Positions 17,593-26,495 of a DNA stretch of 64,000 bases are shown here, piece by piece. The notes under the pieces are model-generated. The model saw nothing but the letters and a program-made list of their open reading frames with translations. It was not told the DNA's origin and ran no database searches. Made by a program: the position numbers and the translations under genes. Location: contig CAMJQC010000005.1 in NCBI GenBank assembly GCA_946407975.1, forward strand, positions 5,526 through 69,525, read 5' to 3'. Numbering within the stretch: the stretch's first letter is position 1; each line of letters begins with the position of its first letter. Origin of the DNA: an uncultured Bacteroidales bacterium (GTDB taxonomy: Bacteria; Bacteroidota; Bacteroidia; Bacteroidales; F082).

Positions 17593-17630
17593 TAGTGTTG
17601 TAAAGAAACACCATCCTTAATAATAGCATC

Positions 17631-18479
17631 ATGAAAAAGGGAGCCTTCTTATTAGCCGCTATGGCGATTGTCCTTTCAAACAGTTTAAAAGCACAATTAC
17701 TTGATATTGAAAGAATTCCACTTCCTATGATATGGGAAAGCCCGATCTACGATACCGCTTGCACCATCCAATTCACCTACGACGGGAAGGCGTTTCTGGC
17801 TTTCACCGGACAGACCGATGCCGACATCGTACAGTCCGACGAAAACGAGGAAGAATACACCGATGGCAGCATGACCTACTGCAACTCACTCTTCCTCTAC
17901 GACAAGGCGGCCGACACCACATGGATGATAGAGACCTCCTATCCTTACGGAGGCTTCATTAACAATCCTGCTTTCGATCCAAACACTTCATGGCTCTATT
18001 ATCTGGTCATCACCGATCAGGAATGGCAGGAACTCGACCGGTACAATCTCGACAGCGAAGAAAACATCACTTTGGATTATCTTGACCTCAATGTCGAATT
18101 CGAGCTGATGCCCAATGGCGACCTGGCCTTCTATCATGTTACGGAAAGCGTCTATGTTGATTCCGAGTGGGTCGGCGACGTCTTGTGTGACCTGCGTCTT
18201 GCCAATAACGGAAGACTGATCAGTAAAGGAAAATACTACAGGTCGGAAGACTATGACCCTGGGATCGACAAGCGGAACTATAAGCTGACCTCCACCTTTA
18301 AGATGCTTAAGGACAAAAAGATGCGTCAGGAATGGAGCGAAGAAGACCAGATCACGCTCTTCTACAACCGGAAAAACGAGTTGGTGGGGTACACCGAAAA
18401 CAAAGTCCTCTTCAACTTCATCTTCCCCGTAGAAGAAACCGAACCCATAATCGAAGAAACAGAAAGCACTGAAGAGTAG
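17631..18479 (+). CDS. Secreted acidic hypothetical protein
   Basis: 282 aa. Signal peptide MKKGAFLLAAMAIVLSNSLKAQ. No recognisable domain. Acidic C-terminal tail. Confidence 0.5.
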   Translation: MKKGAFLLAAMAIVLSNSLKAQLLDIERIPLPMIWESPIYDTACTIQFTYDGKAFLAFTGQTDADIVQSDENEEEYTDGSMTYCNSLFLYDKAADTTWMIETSYPYGGFINNPAFDPNTSWLYYLVITDQEWQELDRYNLDSEENITLDYLDLNVEFELMPNGDLAFYHVTESVYVDSEWVGDVLCDLRLANNGRLISKGKYYRSEDYDPGIDKRNYKLTSTFKMLKDKKMRQEWSEEDQITLFYNRKNELVGYTENKVLFNFIFPVEETEPIIEETESTEE

Positions 18480-18626
18480 AAACCACCTGGGTCAAGACCA
18501 TGGAAGCGGAATGCTACGACTAAAACGGCAGAGGCCGCGTCTCGGGTCTCATCCTGGCATGGCTCAACATGTACCTCTATGTGTATGTATAAGTCGTAAA
18601 GCTCATTTGTAGAAAAACTCAAAGCG

Positions 18627-18654
18627 AAGCCGACGCATTCAAGCGTCGGCTTTT
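18627..18654 (+). terminator. Rho-independent terminator about 150 nt downstream of the 282-aa gene
   Basis: Stem GCCGACGC / GCGTCGGC, loop ATTCAA, then TTTT. Confidence 0.55.
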
Positions 18655-18735
18655 GCCGTTCATATTGAAACCTTCCAGCCTTGCCAGTTGGAAACGACAG
18701 TTGTTTAGAGTTTTTGTTCAACGGTTTTGTTGTGA

Positions 18736-18762
18736 ATTGCATTGAAATATTGTAACTTTGCC
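18736..18762 (+). repeat. 27-nt direct repeat, copy A (ATTGCATTGAAATATTGTAACTTTGCC)
   Basis: 24 of 27 positions match copy B at 19461-19487. Contains the -7 box of the downstream gene. Confidence 0.85.
18753..18760 (+). promoter_or_regulatory. -7 box TAACTTTG upstream of the TonB-C-like gene
   Basis: Exact TAnnTTTG match, 35 nt before ATG 18796. It lies inside copy A of the 27-nt direct repeat. Confidence 0.45.
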
Positions 18763-18795
18763 TTTTGATAACCACATAAAAAAAAATAAAACAGC

Positions 18796-19452
18796 ATGGA
18801 AAAACCCCGCAAACCCTTTAGCTTTGGCAAGATTCTGCTCATTGCCCTTGCCGCACTCTTAGCCTACAACTTCTTTCAAACGCGAAAGAACACCAAAGAA
18901 CTGCAGAATATGGAAGAAGACGCCACTGTCACTACCCCAGGCTTCGATCTCAACGGGTCAACCGACGCAGAGAAGATTGCCCAACTCACTCAGGTCGTGA
19001 CGCAACTGCAGGCACAGGTGGAAGCACAGCATCAGGAAATCGAAAACCTAAAATCCGTCCTCGCCAATTCGCCATCGGCGACTGCCAGCACTTCCAATTC
19101 GGCCAGCAACACCTCCAGCGGCTACACCTTCCCCACTACTGGTACCAGTTCGAATGGAAGTTCTGGAAGGGTAAATGTCGCCACTAATGTGTGGGTGGCT
19201 AACCGAAGTGTCTATGGCGAAACCGTTTTGCCGAAAGTCACCACTGCCCCTGAAGGTGTGGTCGTAATAGGCGTTACCGTGAATGCCGTTGGCAGTGTCA
19301 CTTCCGCTACAGTGAAATCGGGAACCACAATCTCTGACGAAAACGTGGTCAACGAATGCAGGCAAGCGGCACTCCAAACCCGATTCGCGATCAATGTCGA
19401 TGCAACGAACGGTTCATCCGGCACCATCTCTTATACGTTTACGAGGAGGTAA
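18796..19452 (+). CDS. Membrane-anchored protein with TonB C-terminal-like domain
   Basis: 218 aa. N-terminal TM helix (ILLIALAALLAYNFF), coiled coil, Ser/Thr-rich linker. C-terminal VVIGVTVNAVGSVTSATVKSGTTISDENVVNECRQAAL resembles a TonB_C fold. Confidence 0.45.
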   Translation: MEKPRKPFSFGKILLIALAALLAYNFFQTRKNTKELQNMEEDATVTTPGFDLNGSTDAEKIAQLTQVVTQLQAQVEAQHQEIENLKSVLANSPSATASTSNSASNTSSGYTFPTTGTSSNGSSGRVNVATNVWVANRSVYGETVLPKVTTAPEGVVVIGVTVNAVGSVTSATVKSGTTISDENVVNECRQAALQTRFAINVDATNGSSGTISYTFTRR

Positions 19453-19460
19453 AGGCATAA

Positions 19461-19487
19461 AATGCATTGAAATCTTGTAACTATGCC
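19461..19487 (+). repeat. 27-nt direct repeat, copy B (AATGCATTGAAATCTTGTAACTATGCC)
   Basis: 24 of 27 positions match copy A. It lies 9 nt after the stop of the same gene. Its -7-like box is TAACTATG. Confidence 0.85.
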
Positions 19488-19584
19488 AATCGGAAATAAC
19501 TGGGCGACGAATGTCACAAAAAAGATTCGTGTCAATTAGTGAGATTAGTGTTCGAAAAAAAATGATACGAGTTAAGTGGAGCCA

Positions 19585-20529
19585 TCACCCCACGCTTCCC
19601 TCCTCCTTGACGGACTCGTGGCTTTCGTCGGTCATCATGCGGAGATAGTTGACATAGCGCCAGTCGGCGATGTCGCCGTTCTCTACGGCAGCTTTCACGG
19701 CGCAGCCAGGCTCGTGGGTGTGGGTGCAGTTGGCGAAACGGCATTCGTGCATCAGCTCGCGCATCTCGGGAAAACGCTGTGCCAAGGTCTCCTTCTCCAA
19801 GTCGTAGAGCACAAACTCCTTGATGCCAGGGGTGTCGACGATCCAGGCGTCGAAGTCGAGGTGCAGCATCTCGGCGAAGGTGGTGGTATGCTTGCCTTTC
19901 TCGTGGATATCGGAGATGGCACCGATACGAACGTCCTTGCTGGGGTCGAGGGCCTTCACCAAAGCGGACTTGCCCACGCCCGAGTGACCCGAGAAGAGAC
20001 ATATCTTGCCCTTCATCAATGCCTTCAGATCCTCGATCTGAAAACCCGTCTTGGCAGAGACACCGAAAGAGGTGTAGCCGAGGTCCTGATAGTATTCCAT
20101 CAGCACGCACATCTCCCCGATCTGTTCGTCGTCGTAGAGGTCGCACTTGTTGAAGATGATGGCGGCAGGGATGTGGTAGGCCTCTGCTGTGACCAGGAAA
20201 CGGTCGATGAAGCCCGTGGAGGTGCGCGGCTGCGCGATGGTGGCGACCACGATGGCCAGATCCACGTTGGAGGCGATGATATGCGAGGCCTTGCTCAGGT
20301 TGACGGACTTGCGCACGATGACGTTGTTGCGTGGCTCGATCTTCTTGATGACCCCCGTCTCCTTGCCGGGTTCCTGCTCGAAGACAACATGGTCGCCCAC
20401 GGCCACAGGGTTGGTGGAACGCAAGCCGTCGAGGCGTATCTTGCCCCGCAGACGGCATTCCCACTGCTGTCCTCCCTCATCGAGGACGATGTACCAGCTT
20501 CCAGTGGATTTGATGACGGTGCCTCTCAT
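19585..20529 (-). CDS. rsgA: Ribosome small subunit-dependent GTPase A
   Basis: 314 aa. Motifs NKCDL, GHSGVGKSALV, and the zinc-finger region CRFANCTHTHEPGCAV. Confidence 0.9.
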   Translation of the reverse strand: MRGTVIKSTGSWYIVLDEGGQQWECRLRGKIRLDGLRSTNPVAVGDHVVFEQEPGKETGVIKKIEPRNNVIVRKSVNLSKASHIIASNVDLAIVVATIAQPRTSTGFIDRFLVTAEAYHIPAAIIFNKCDLYDDEQIGEMCVLMEYYQDLGYTSFGVSAKTGFQIEDLKALMKGKICLFSGHSGVGKSALVKALDPSKDVRIGAISDIHEKGKHTTTFAEMLHLDFDAWIVDTPGIKEFVLYDLEKETLAQRFPEMRELMHECRFANCTHTHEPGCAVKAAVENGDIADWRYVNYLRMMTDESHESVKEEGSVG

Positions 20530-20533
20530 GGTG

Positions 20534-21631
20534 TTAACAGCGTTGATAACGTTTGCCCGGCAGCGCCAGCAGGACGCCGTCGAACTCGAGGTTGAGCAGG
20601 ATCGGCGCGATCTTGGTGATAGGCAGTCCGGAGTGGACGATGATATGGTCGAGACTCACGATGGCGTCGCTGCCGAAGCAGTCCATGACCATGCGCTCCT
20701 CGTCGGTAAACTCGCGGAAGAGCACGGTTTGGCGTTCCTCGGCCTTCTTGGGCTTGTCCCATCCCATCACATAACGCAGGTTGACCACACTCTCCATGAG
20801 ATGCGCCTGCTGGGTGCGGATGAGGTAGTTGCAGCCTTGGCTGTAGATGTCCATGACACGGCCAGGATAGGCGAACACGTCGCGGCTATACGAGTTGGCG
20901 AGGTCGGCTGTGATGAGTGAGCCGCCCTTGAGGGCCGACTCGATGACGATGACGGCATCGGCCATGCCCGCGATGATGCGGTTACGGCGTGGAAAATGCT
21001 CCCTGTCGGGTGGCGTGCCCCACATGAAATCCGTGAGGAGACCGCCTTGCTCCTGCATATCCTGAGCCAGTTTACGGTTGACGGCAGGATAGACGGCTTG
21101 CAGTCCGCTTCCCATGACGCCCACGGTAGGGATGCCGTGCTTGACGCAGGCACGATGGGCAGCGGAATCGACGCCATAGGCCAATCCGCTGACGACGAGT
21201 ACGTTGTCGTCAACGAGGTCTTCTACGAGCTTCTGGCAGTTCTCTCTGCCGTAATCGGTAATATTGCGTGTGCCTACGATGGCCACCACACGGGTGGCGT
21301 TAAGGTTGGCGTTGCCCTTGTAATACAGCATCAGCGGGCTGTCGTCACACTGCAGCAGACGGCGAGGATAGTCGGCGTCGAGATAAAACAACGGACGGAC
21401 GCCGTTGTCTTCTATGTTCCTGATTTCCTCTTGCGCACGCTGCAAGGTCTCATTCTTGCGGATGGCCTCGATGGTGACGTCGCGCATGCCCGAGATCTTC
21501 TCAAGCGCGGAACGTTTCTCCTTGAAGACAGCCTCGGCGCTGCCGCAATAGGCAACGAACTTCTTGCCAACGACGTCGCCGACGCCGGGCAGAAGGGTTA
21601 GCGCTATTTCATACAAGAGAGATTCGTTCAT
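20534..21631 (-). CDS. dprA: DNA-processing protein DprA
   Basis: 365 aa. Motifs VVSGLAYGVDSAAHR and FPRRNRIIAG. Confidence 0.9.
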   Translation of the reverse strand: MNESLLYEIALTLLPGVGDVVGKKFVAYCGSAEAVFKEKRSALEKISGMRDVTIEAIRKNETLQRAQEEIRNIEDNGVRPLFYLDADYPRRLLQCDDSPLMLYYKGNANLNATRVVAIVGTRNITDYGRENCQKLVEDLVDDNVLVVSGLAYGVDSAAHRACVKHGIPTVGVMGSGLQAVYPAVNRKLAQDMQEQGGLLTDFMWGTPPDREHFPRRNRIIAGMADAVIVIESALKGGSLITADLANSYSRDVFAYPGRVMDIYSQGCNYLIRTQQAHLMESVVNLRYVMGWDKPKKAEERQTVLFREFTDEERMVMDCFGSDAIVSLDHIIVHSGLPITKIAPILLNLEFDGVLLALPGKRYQRC

Positions 21632-21654
21632 TAGTCTGGAGTTAGAAGTAACCT

Positions 21655-23442
21655 TTAATCCAGTTTCAATACGGCCAGGAAAGCGCTTTGCGGCACTTCA
21701 ACGTTGCCGATCTGGCGCATACGTTTCTTACCGGCTTTCTGTTTCTCGAGCAGCTTGCGTTTACGCGACACGTCGCCGCCATAGCACTTCGCCGTGACGT
21801 CCTTGCGCACCTGGCGCACCGTCTCGCGGGCGATGATCTTGGCGCCGATGGCCGCCTGGATGGCGATGTCGAACTGGTGTCGTGGGATGAGCTCCTTCAG
21901 CTTCTCGCACATACGACGACCGAACTCATAGGCATGGTCGCGGTGAATGAGGGTAGACAGGGCGTCGACCGACTCGCCGTTGAGCATGATGTCGAGCTTG
22001 ACGAGCGGCGCCTCCTGATAGCCAGCGATATGGTAGTCGAACGAAGCATAGCCTTTTGAGATGGACTTCAGCTTGTCGTAGAAGTCGAAGACGATTTCGC
22101 TCAAAGGCATCTGGAAGGTCAGCTCCACGCGGTCGGTGGAGAGATAGACCTGGTTCTTCAGGATGCCGCGACGGTCGATGCAAAGCGTCATGATAGGACC
22201 CGTAAACTCGTTCTTGGAGATGATCTGAGCAATGATATAAGGCTCTTCGGTGTGGTGTATCTTCGTTACCTCGGGCAGACCGCTGGGGTTATGCACCTCG
22301 ATCATGCCGCCGTCGGTGAGGAAGCACTTGAACGAGACGTTAGGCACCGTGGTGATGACGTCCATGTTGAACTCGCGGTCGAGACGTTCCTGCACGATCT
22401 CCATATGGAGCAAGCCCAAGAATCCGCAACGGAATCCGAAGCCCAGGGCCGCCGAAGACTCCGGCTCCCAGACGAGGGAGGCGTCGTTGAGCTGCAGCTT
22501 CTCCAACGAGGCTCTCAGCTCTTCGTAGTCGTCGGCATCGACGGGATAGATGCCCGCAAACAGCATCGGCTTCACGTTCTCGAAGCCTGCCACGGGTTCA
22601 GCGCAAGGCCGTTCCACATGGGTGATGGTATCGCCCACCTTGACTTCCTTAGAGGTCTTGATGCCCGAGATGATATAACCCACGTCGCCTGCCGAGAGGG
22701 TGTCCTTCGGCACCTGACGCAGCTGCAGCACGCCGATCTCGTCGGCATTGTATTCCTTGCCCGTGGCGAAGAACTTCACCAAGTCGTTGGTGTGCATCGT
22801 GCCGTTCATGATACGGAAATACGCGATGATGCCGCGGTAGGAGTTGAAGACCGAGTCGAAGATGAGGGCCTGCAACGGTGCCTCAGGGTCGCCTTTCGGC
22901 GACGGCACCTTCTCCACGATGGCATCGAGCACGGCGGGTACGCCTTCGCCTGTACGCGCGCTGACCTTAAGGATATCCTCAGGGTCACAGCCCAACATAT
23001 CCACAATCTGGTCCTCCACCACGTCGATCATGGCGCTTTCCATGTCGATCTTGTTCATCACGGGGATGATCTCGAGGTCATGTTCCAAGGCGAGATAGAG
23101 GTTGGAGATGGTCTGTGCCTGGATGCCTTGGGTGGCATCCACGACAAGGAGGGCGCCCTCGCAAGCGGCGATGGAACGCGACACCTCATAAGAGAAGTCG
23201 ACGTGGCCAGGGGTGTCGATAAGGTTCAGCACGTAGGTCTCGCCCTTGTAGTCGTAATGCATCTGGATGGCGTGACTCTTGATGGTGATACCGCGCTCAC
23301 GTTCTAGGTCCATATCGTCGAGCACCTGGTCGACAAGCTCCTTGTCCGACAAAGTGTGGGTGAGTTCCAAAAGGCGGTCGGCCAAAGTCGATTTACCATG
23401 GTCGATATGTGCTATGATGCAGAAATTCCGTATGTTTTTCAT
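21655..23442 (-). CDS. lepA: Translation elongation factor 4
   Basis: 595 aa. Motifs [28 protein letters not shown], and the LepA-specific C-terminus. Confidence 0.97.
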   Translation of the reverse strand: MKNIRNFCIIAHIDHGKSTLADRLLELTHTLSDKELVDQVLDDMDLERERGITIKSHAIQMHYDYKGETYVLNLIDTPGHVDFSYEVSRSIAACEGALLVVDATQGIQAQTISNLYLALEHDLEIIPVMNKIDMESAMIDVVEDQIVDMLGCDPEDILKVSARTGEGVPAVLDAIVEKVPSPKGDPEAPLQALIFDSVFNSYRGIIAYFRIMNGTMHTNDLVKFFATGKEYNADEIGVLQLRQVPKDTLSAGDVGYIISGIKTSKEVKVGDTITHVERPCAEPVAGFENVKPMLFAGIYPVDADDYEELRASLEKLQLNDASLVWEPESSAALGFGFRCGFLGLLHMEIVQERLDREFNMDVITTVPNVSFKCFLTDGGMIEVHNPSGLPEVTKIHHTEEPYIIAQIISKNEFTGPIMTLCIDRRGILKNQVYLSTDRVELTFQMPLSEIVFDFYDKLKSISKGYASFDYHIAGYQEAPLVKLDIMLNGESVDALSTLIHRDHAYEFGRRMCEKLKELIPRHQFDIAIQAAIGAKIIARETVRQVRKDVTAKCYGGDVSRKRKLLEKQKAGKKRMRQIGNVEVPQSAFLAVLKLD

Positions 23443-23450
23443 TATGGCTG

Positions 23451-23458
23451 CAAAAATA
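23451..23458 (-). promoter_or_regulatory. -7 box TATTTTTG immediately upstream of lepA
   Basis: Exact TAnnTTTG match on the minus strand, only 8 nt before ATG 23442. This would give a nearly leaderless mRNA. Confidence 0.3.
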
Positions 23459-23518
23459 GAAAAAATCAGCCTACCAAAAGAGACAGGCTGGTTGAAAAAA
23501 CAAACATGCTCTTAGTCA

Positions 23519-23887
23519 TCAATGTGATTTCCAGTATTCCAAGGCTTCAGCAAATTCAATCTCCGGAAACTCACATGCCGAACAAATGAATTTCCACATT
23601 TTGATTTCATTTTCAACAAACTTGTTATCTGCCGCCATCATGACTGCCAAAAAGCACGCAGCGTATTTCTTTTGTTCCTCATCCATGCCACTCATGACCC
23701 TCAAGGCATCAGAAGCCTTCATCTTCAATGCCTCACGGACCAAAGATCGTCTTTCTCTTTCGCTTAATCCCGAAGCAATCATCTCTTTTGACAGGATATC
23801 TTTCTCTTGGACGGTAAAACGGCCCTCAGCAGCAATAGCCAGCGCCGCGTTGACAAGTGACATCAACTCTTCTTTTGTAAATTTCAT
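23519..23887 (-). CDS. Small helical hypothetical protein (TerB-like?)
   Basis: The ORF track start is 23932. The internal ATG 23887 (MKFTKEEL) follows a purine-rich leader (aaaaaagaaaggaaaagaca), so I prefer it. The start and the family call are both uncertain. Confidence 0.45.
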   Translation of the reverse strand: MKFTKEELMSLVNAALAIAAEGRFTVQEKDILSKEMIASGLSERERRSLVREALKMKASDALRVMSGMDEEQKKYAACFLAVMMAADNKFVENEIKMWKFICSACEFPEIEFAEALEYWKSH

Positions 23888-24000
23888 TGTCTTTTCCTTT
23901 CTTTTTTCAGCACAGTTCCAATGCCGGATCATTGTTTTAAGAGATGTGGAACTTATACTAGTAATGTGTTGTCACAATGGACTAATACCCATCTTTAATG

Positions 24001-24008
24001 CAAAGATA
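24001..24008 (-). promoter_or_regulatory. -7 box TATCTTTG upstream of the small TerB-like gene
   Basis: Exact TAnnTTTG match on the minus strand, upstream of both candidate starts (23932 and 23887). Confidence 0.35.
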
Positions 24009-24100
24009 TGATTTTTTCTAAAACACAGACAATTCTCCATTATTTGATGAAAAACAAAAAAAATCAGCCGAACACTTTCTTAGAAAAAAAAGAATAATAC

Positions 24101-24108
24101 TAATTTTG
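24101..24108 (+). promoter_or_regulatory. -7 box TAATTTTG upstream of the RelA/SpoT gene
   Basis: Exact TAnnTTTG match, 20 nt before ATG 24129. Confidence 0.5.
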
Positions 24109-24128
24109 CAGTTTAAAACGCATGAAAC

Positions 24129-26315
24129 ATGATACCTGACACCTATTCACCGGAAGAGAAAGAAGAGATCGAGCGACGACATCAGCATCTCCTTGACGTT
24201 TGGCAGACCCGTAAGGAAGCCAGCGACCTGGAGATGGTCAACGATGCCTTTTATTTCGCCGTCGAGGCCCACAAGGATCAACGTCGGCGTTCGGGCGAGC
24301 CTTACATCTACCACCCTATTGAGGTAGCCACCATTGCTGCTCATGACATCGGGCTGGGCCGCACCTCTATCGTCAGCGCCCTGCTGCACGATGTGGTTGA
24401 AGACACGCCCTACACCCTCGAAGACATCGAAAAACGTTATGGTGAAACGGTGATGCACGTCGTCGACGGCCTCACAAAACTCTCTCAGACTGAGGGTGTT
24501 GACAGCATCCAGGCCGAGAACTTCCGCAAGATCATCACTTCGCTCTCTTACGATATCCGTGTCATCCTTATCAAGCTTTCCGACCGGTTGCACAACATGC
24601 GCACACTCGACTCCATGCCTGCTCACAAGCAACAGAAGATTGCTTCGGAGACAGCCTACCTTTATGCGCCTCTTGCCAACCGATTAGGCCTTTACGCCAT
24701 CAAGAGTGAGCTTGAGGACCTCTCGCTGAAATACACCGACCCCACCATCTACCAAAGTCTCAAAAGACGCATGAACGAGGTGCGAGGATCACGTATGGCC
24801 GAGATGAAAGAATTCGTTGTGCCGTTGGAAGATGCCCTAAAACAACATGGCATCAAAGCCAAGGTTCGTATCATCGAGCGTTCCACCAACTCCGTGTGGA
24901 AACGCATGAAAGAGAAAGAACTGCCCTTCGAGGACCTCTACGGGCTCTTCTACGTACGCATCATCGCCGACTGTCCTGCAGAGATGGAGAAGATAGAATG
25001 CTGGAAGATCTACGCCATCCTCAGCGACCTCTACCGTCCAAACACCGCTAAACTGAAAGACTGGATCTCGTTACCCAAGGTCAACGGATACGAGTCGCTG
25101 CACGCTGTCGTGATGGGCCAGATGGGCCATTGGGTCGAGGTGCAGATCCGCAGCGAGCGTATGGACGAAATCGACGAGAAAGGCTTTGCTGCCTACTGGA
25201 AGAACAAGACCGACAACACTACGGAGAGCGGTTTCGACGAGTGGCTGAAACGTGTGCAGGACCTCATCGGGAGCGACACAGGCACCTCCCTCGAGTTCCT
25301 CGACACCTTCAAGCTCGACCTCTTTTCCGATGAGATCTTCGTCTTCACGCCTCAAGGCAAGATGATCTCCATGCCAAAAGGCGCCACCGTCCTCGACTTT
25401 GCTTACAACATCCACTCCCATATCGGCGACCACTGCATCGCTGCCAACGTCAACAACAAGCTGGTGCAGCTTAGCCAGACGCTGCGTACCGGCGACCAGG
25501 TGGAAATCATCACCTCCGAGGCCCAGCACCCCCAGGAATATTGGTTCGAGTACCTCGCCACCGCTTATGCCAAGTCGAAGCTCCGCAACGGCATCAAAGA
25601 ATACCGTAAGGACTTCCGCGAAGAAGGCGAATCGCTGTATATCAACATTATGCAGAAACTCGGCATGGAACCCTCCAAGGCCAACCGCGCCAAAATCATG
25701 GAAGCGGAGAAGATCACGAGCACCATCGACTTCAACTATCTCCTTGCAACGGGGAAGATTAACGAGCAGACCATTCGCGACATCCTTAAGCCGCAACAAA
25801 CCTCGGGCAATGCCTTCATCCGCGCCATCACCTTCGGCCGTTACGGGCAGGGCAGCAAGCCTAAAGAAGAAGACAAGCTCAACCCTTCGGGCGATTTCGA
25901 CGTGTGCGTCGCCAAATGCTGTAACCCCATCCCTGGCGATGACGTGGTAGCTTTCCATTTTGAAGGGGAACCGCTTCAAATCCACCGCAGCAACTGTCCA
26001 AAGGCCATCGAAATGTCGTCGCGCTACGGCAGTCACCTCGTCCAAGCCAAATGGCAGCCTAAAAGCGGCATCGCCTTCCTTGCAGGACTAAAAATCAGCG
26101 CTTTGGATAACGTCGGCTTACTCAACCGCATGACCGACCTGCTCTCCAACCAGATGAAACTCAACCTGCAGTCGCTCAACATGGAACTGAAACAGGATCT
26201 CGTCGAAGCGACCATCTACGTCTTTGTGCATAACATCGAAGAACTCGAATCGCTCATCTCCAAGCTGAGTAAGATGAAAGATGTGCAGAAGGTCACGCGT
26301 ATTACGAAAGACTAG
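24129..26315 (+). CDS. RelA/SpoT family bifunctional (p)ppGpp synthetase/hydrolase
   Basis: 728 aa. HD hydrolase motif HDVVEDT, synthetase region NGYESLHAVV, TGS-like segment (FVFTPQGKMISMPKGATVLDFAY), C-terminal ACT-like domain. Confidence 0.9.
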   Translation: MIPDTYSPEEKEEIERRHQHLLDVWQTRKEASDLEMVNDAFYFAVEAHKDQRRRSGEPYIYHPIEVATIAAHDIGLGRTSIVSALLHDVVEDTPYTLEDIEKRYGETVMHVVDGLTKLSQTEGVDSIQAENFRKIITSLSYDIRVILIKLSDRLHNMRTLDSMPAHKQQKIASETAYLYAPLANRLGLYAIKSELEDLSLKYTDPTIYQSLKRRMNEVRGSRMAEMKEFVVPLEDALKQHGIKAKVRIIERSTNSVWKRMKEKELPFEDLYGLFYVRIIADCPAEMEKIECWKIYAILSDLYRPNTAKLKDWISLPKVNGYESLHAVVMGQMGHWVEVQIRSERMDEIDEKGFAAYWKNKTDNTTESGFDEWLKRVQDLIGSDTGTSLEFLDTFKLDLFSDEIFVFTPQGKMISMPKGATVLDFAYNIHSHIGDHCIAANVNNKLVQLSQTLRTGDQVEIITSEAQHPQEYWFEYLATAYAKSKLRNGIKEYRKDFREEGESLYINIMQKLGMEPSKANRAKIMEAEKITSTIDFNYLLATGKINEQTIRDILKPQQTSGNAFIRAITFGRYGQGSKPKEEDKLNPSGDFDVCVAKCCNPIPGDDVVAFHFEGEPLQIHRSNCPKAIEMSSRYGSHLVQAKWQPKSGIAFLAGLKISALDNVGLLNRMTDLLSNQMKLNLQSLNMELKQDLVEATIYVFVHNIEELESLISKLSKMKDVQKVTRITKD

Positions 26316-26350
26316 CCCTAAGCCATCAGCCAACAGGTTGCCACCTACAG
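26313..26350. repeat. Family B post-stop repeat (TAGCCCTAAGCCATCAGCCAACAGGTTGCCACC)
   Basis: Starts at the TAG stop of the RelA/SpoT gene. TTGCCACC is the reverse complement of GGTGGCAA in the 10362 copy. Confidence 0.7.
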
Positions 26351-26418
26351 ACAGTCTTAAAATTATAGCTATTGAAAATACTGTCATCCCAACGTATGCA
26401 AACAATTGACCATGTCGG

Positions 26419-26456
26419 GTTAACATTTCAACAGTTAAACATTAAACATTTCAACA
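26419..26456 (+). promoter_or_regulatory. Reiterated TAAACATT / AACATTTCAACA motifs upstream of the fur promoter (candidate operator)
   Basis: AACATTTCAACA occurs twice (26422-26433 and 26445-26456), with TTAAACATTAAACATT between. The region ends 9 nt before the -7 box. Confidence 0.3.
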
Positions 26457-26464
26457 AACTTTAC

Positions 26465-26472
26465 TATCTTTG
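26465..26472 (+). promoter_or_regulatory. -7 box TATCTTTG upstream of fur
   Basis: Exact TAnnTTTG match, 23 nt before ATG 26496. Confidence 0.5.
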
Positions 26473-26495
26473 CAGAAACGATTCGAAACAGAGGA

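Noticed and set aside
17336-17603. Two overlapping 80/81-aa + strand ORFs in the nadK intergenic gap
   Set aside because: They have no signal peptide, motif or promoter box in front. One runs through the predicted promoter of the next gene. I treated the region as non-coding (see finding).
18362-18775. 137-aa minus-strand ORF
   Set aside because: It overlaps the 3' end of the 282-aa gene, runs through a + strand terminator and the promoter repeat, and has no supporting features.
19532-20595. 310-aa (minus) and 339-aa (plus) ORFs overlapping rsgA
   Set aside because: rsgA (frame 19585..20529) carries unambiguous GTPase and zinc-finger motifs. The alternatives are Arg/Gly/His-rich low-complexity translations of the same DNA.
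22252-23307. 351-aa + strand ORF inside lepA
   Set aside because: It is antisense to the highly conserved EF4 gene and has no motifs of its own.
25071-26045. 324-aa minus-strand ORF inside the RelA/SpoT gene
   Set aside because: It is an antisense shadow of a well-supported gene.
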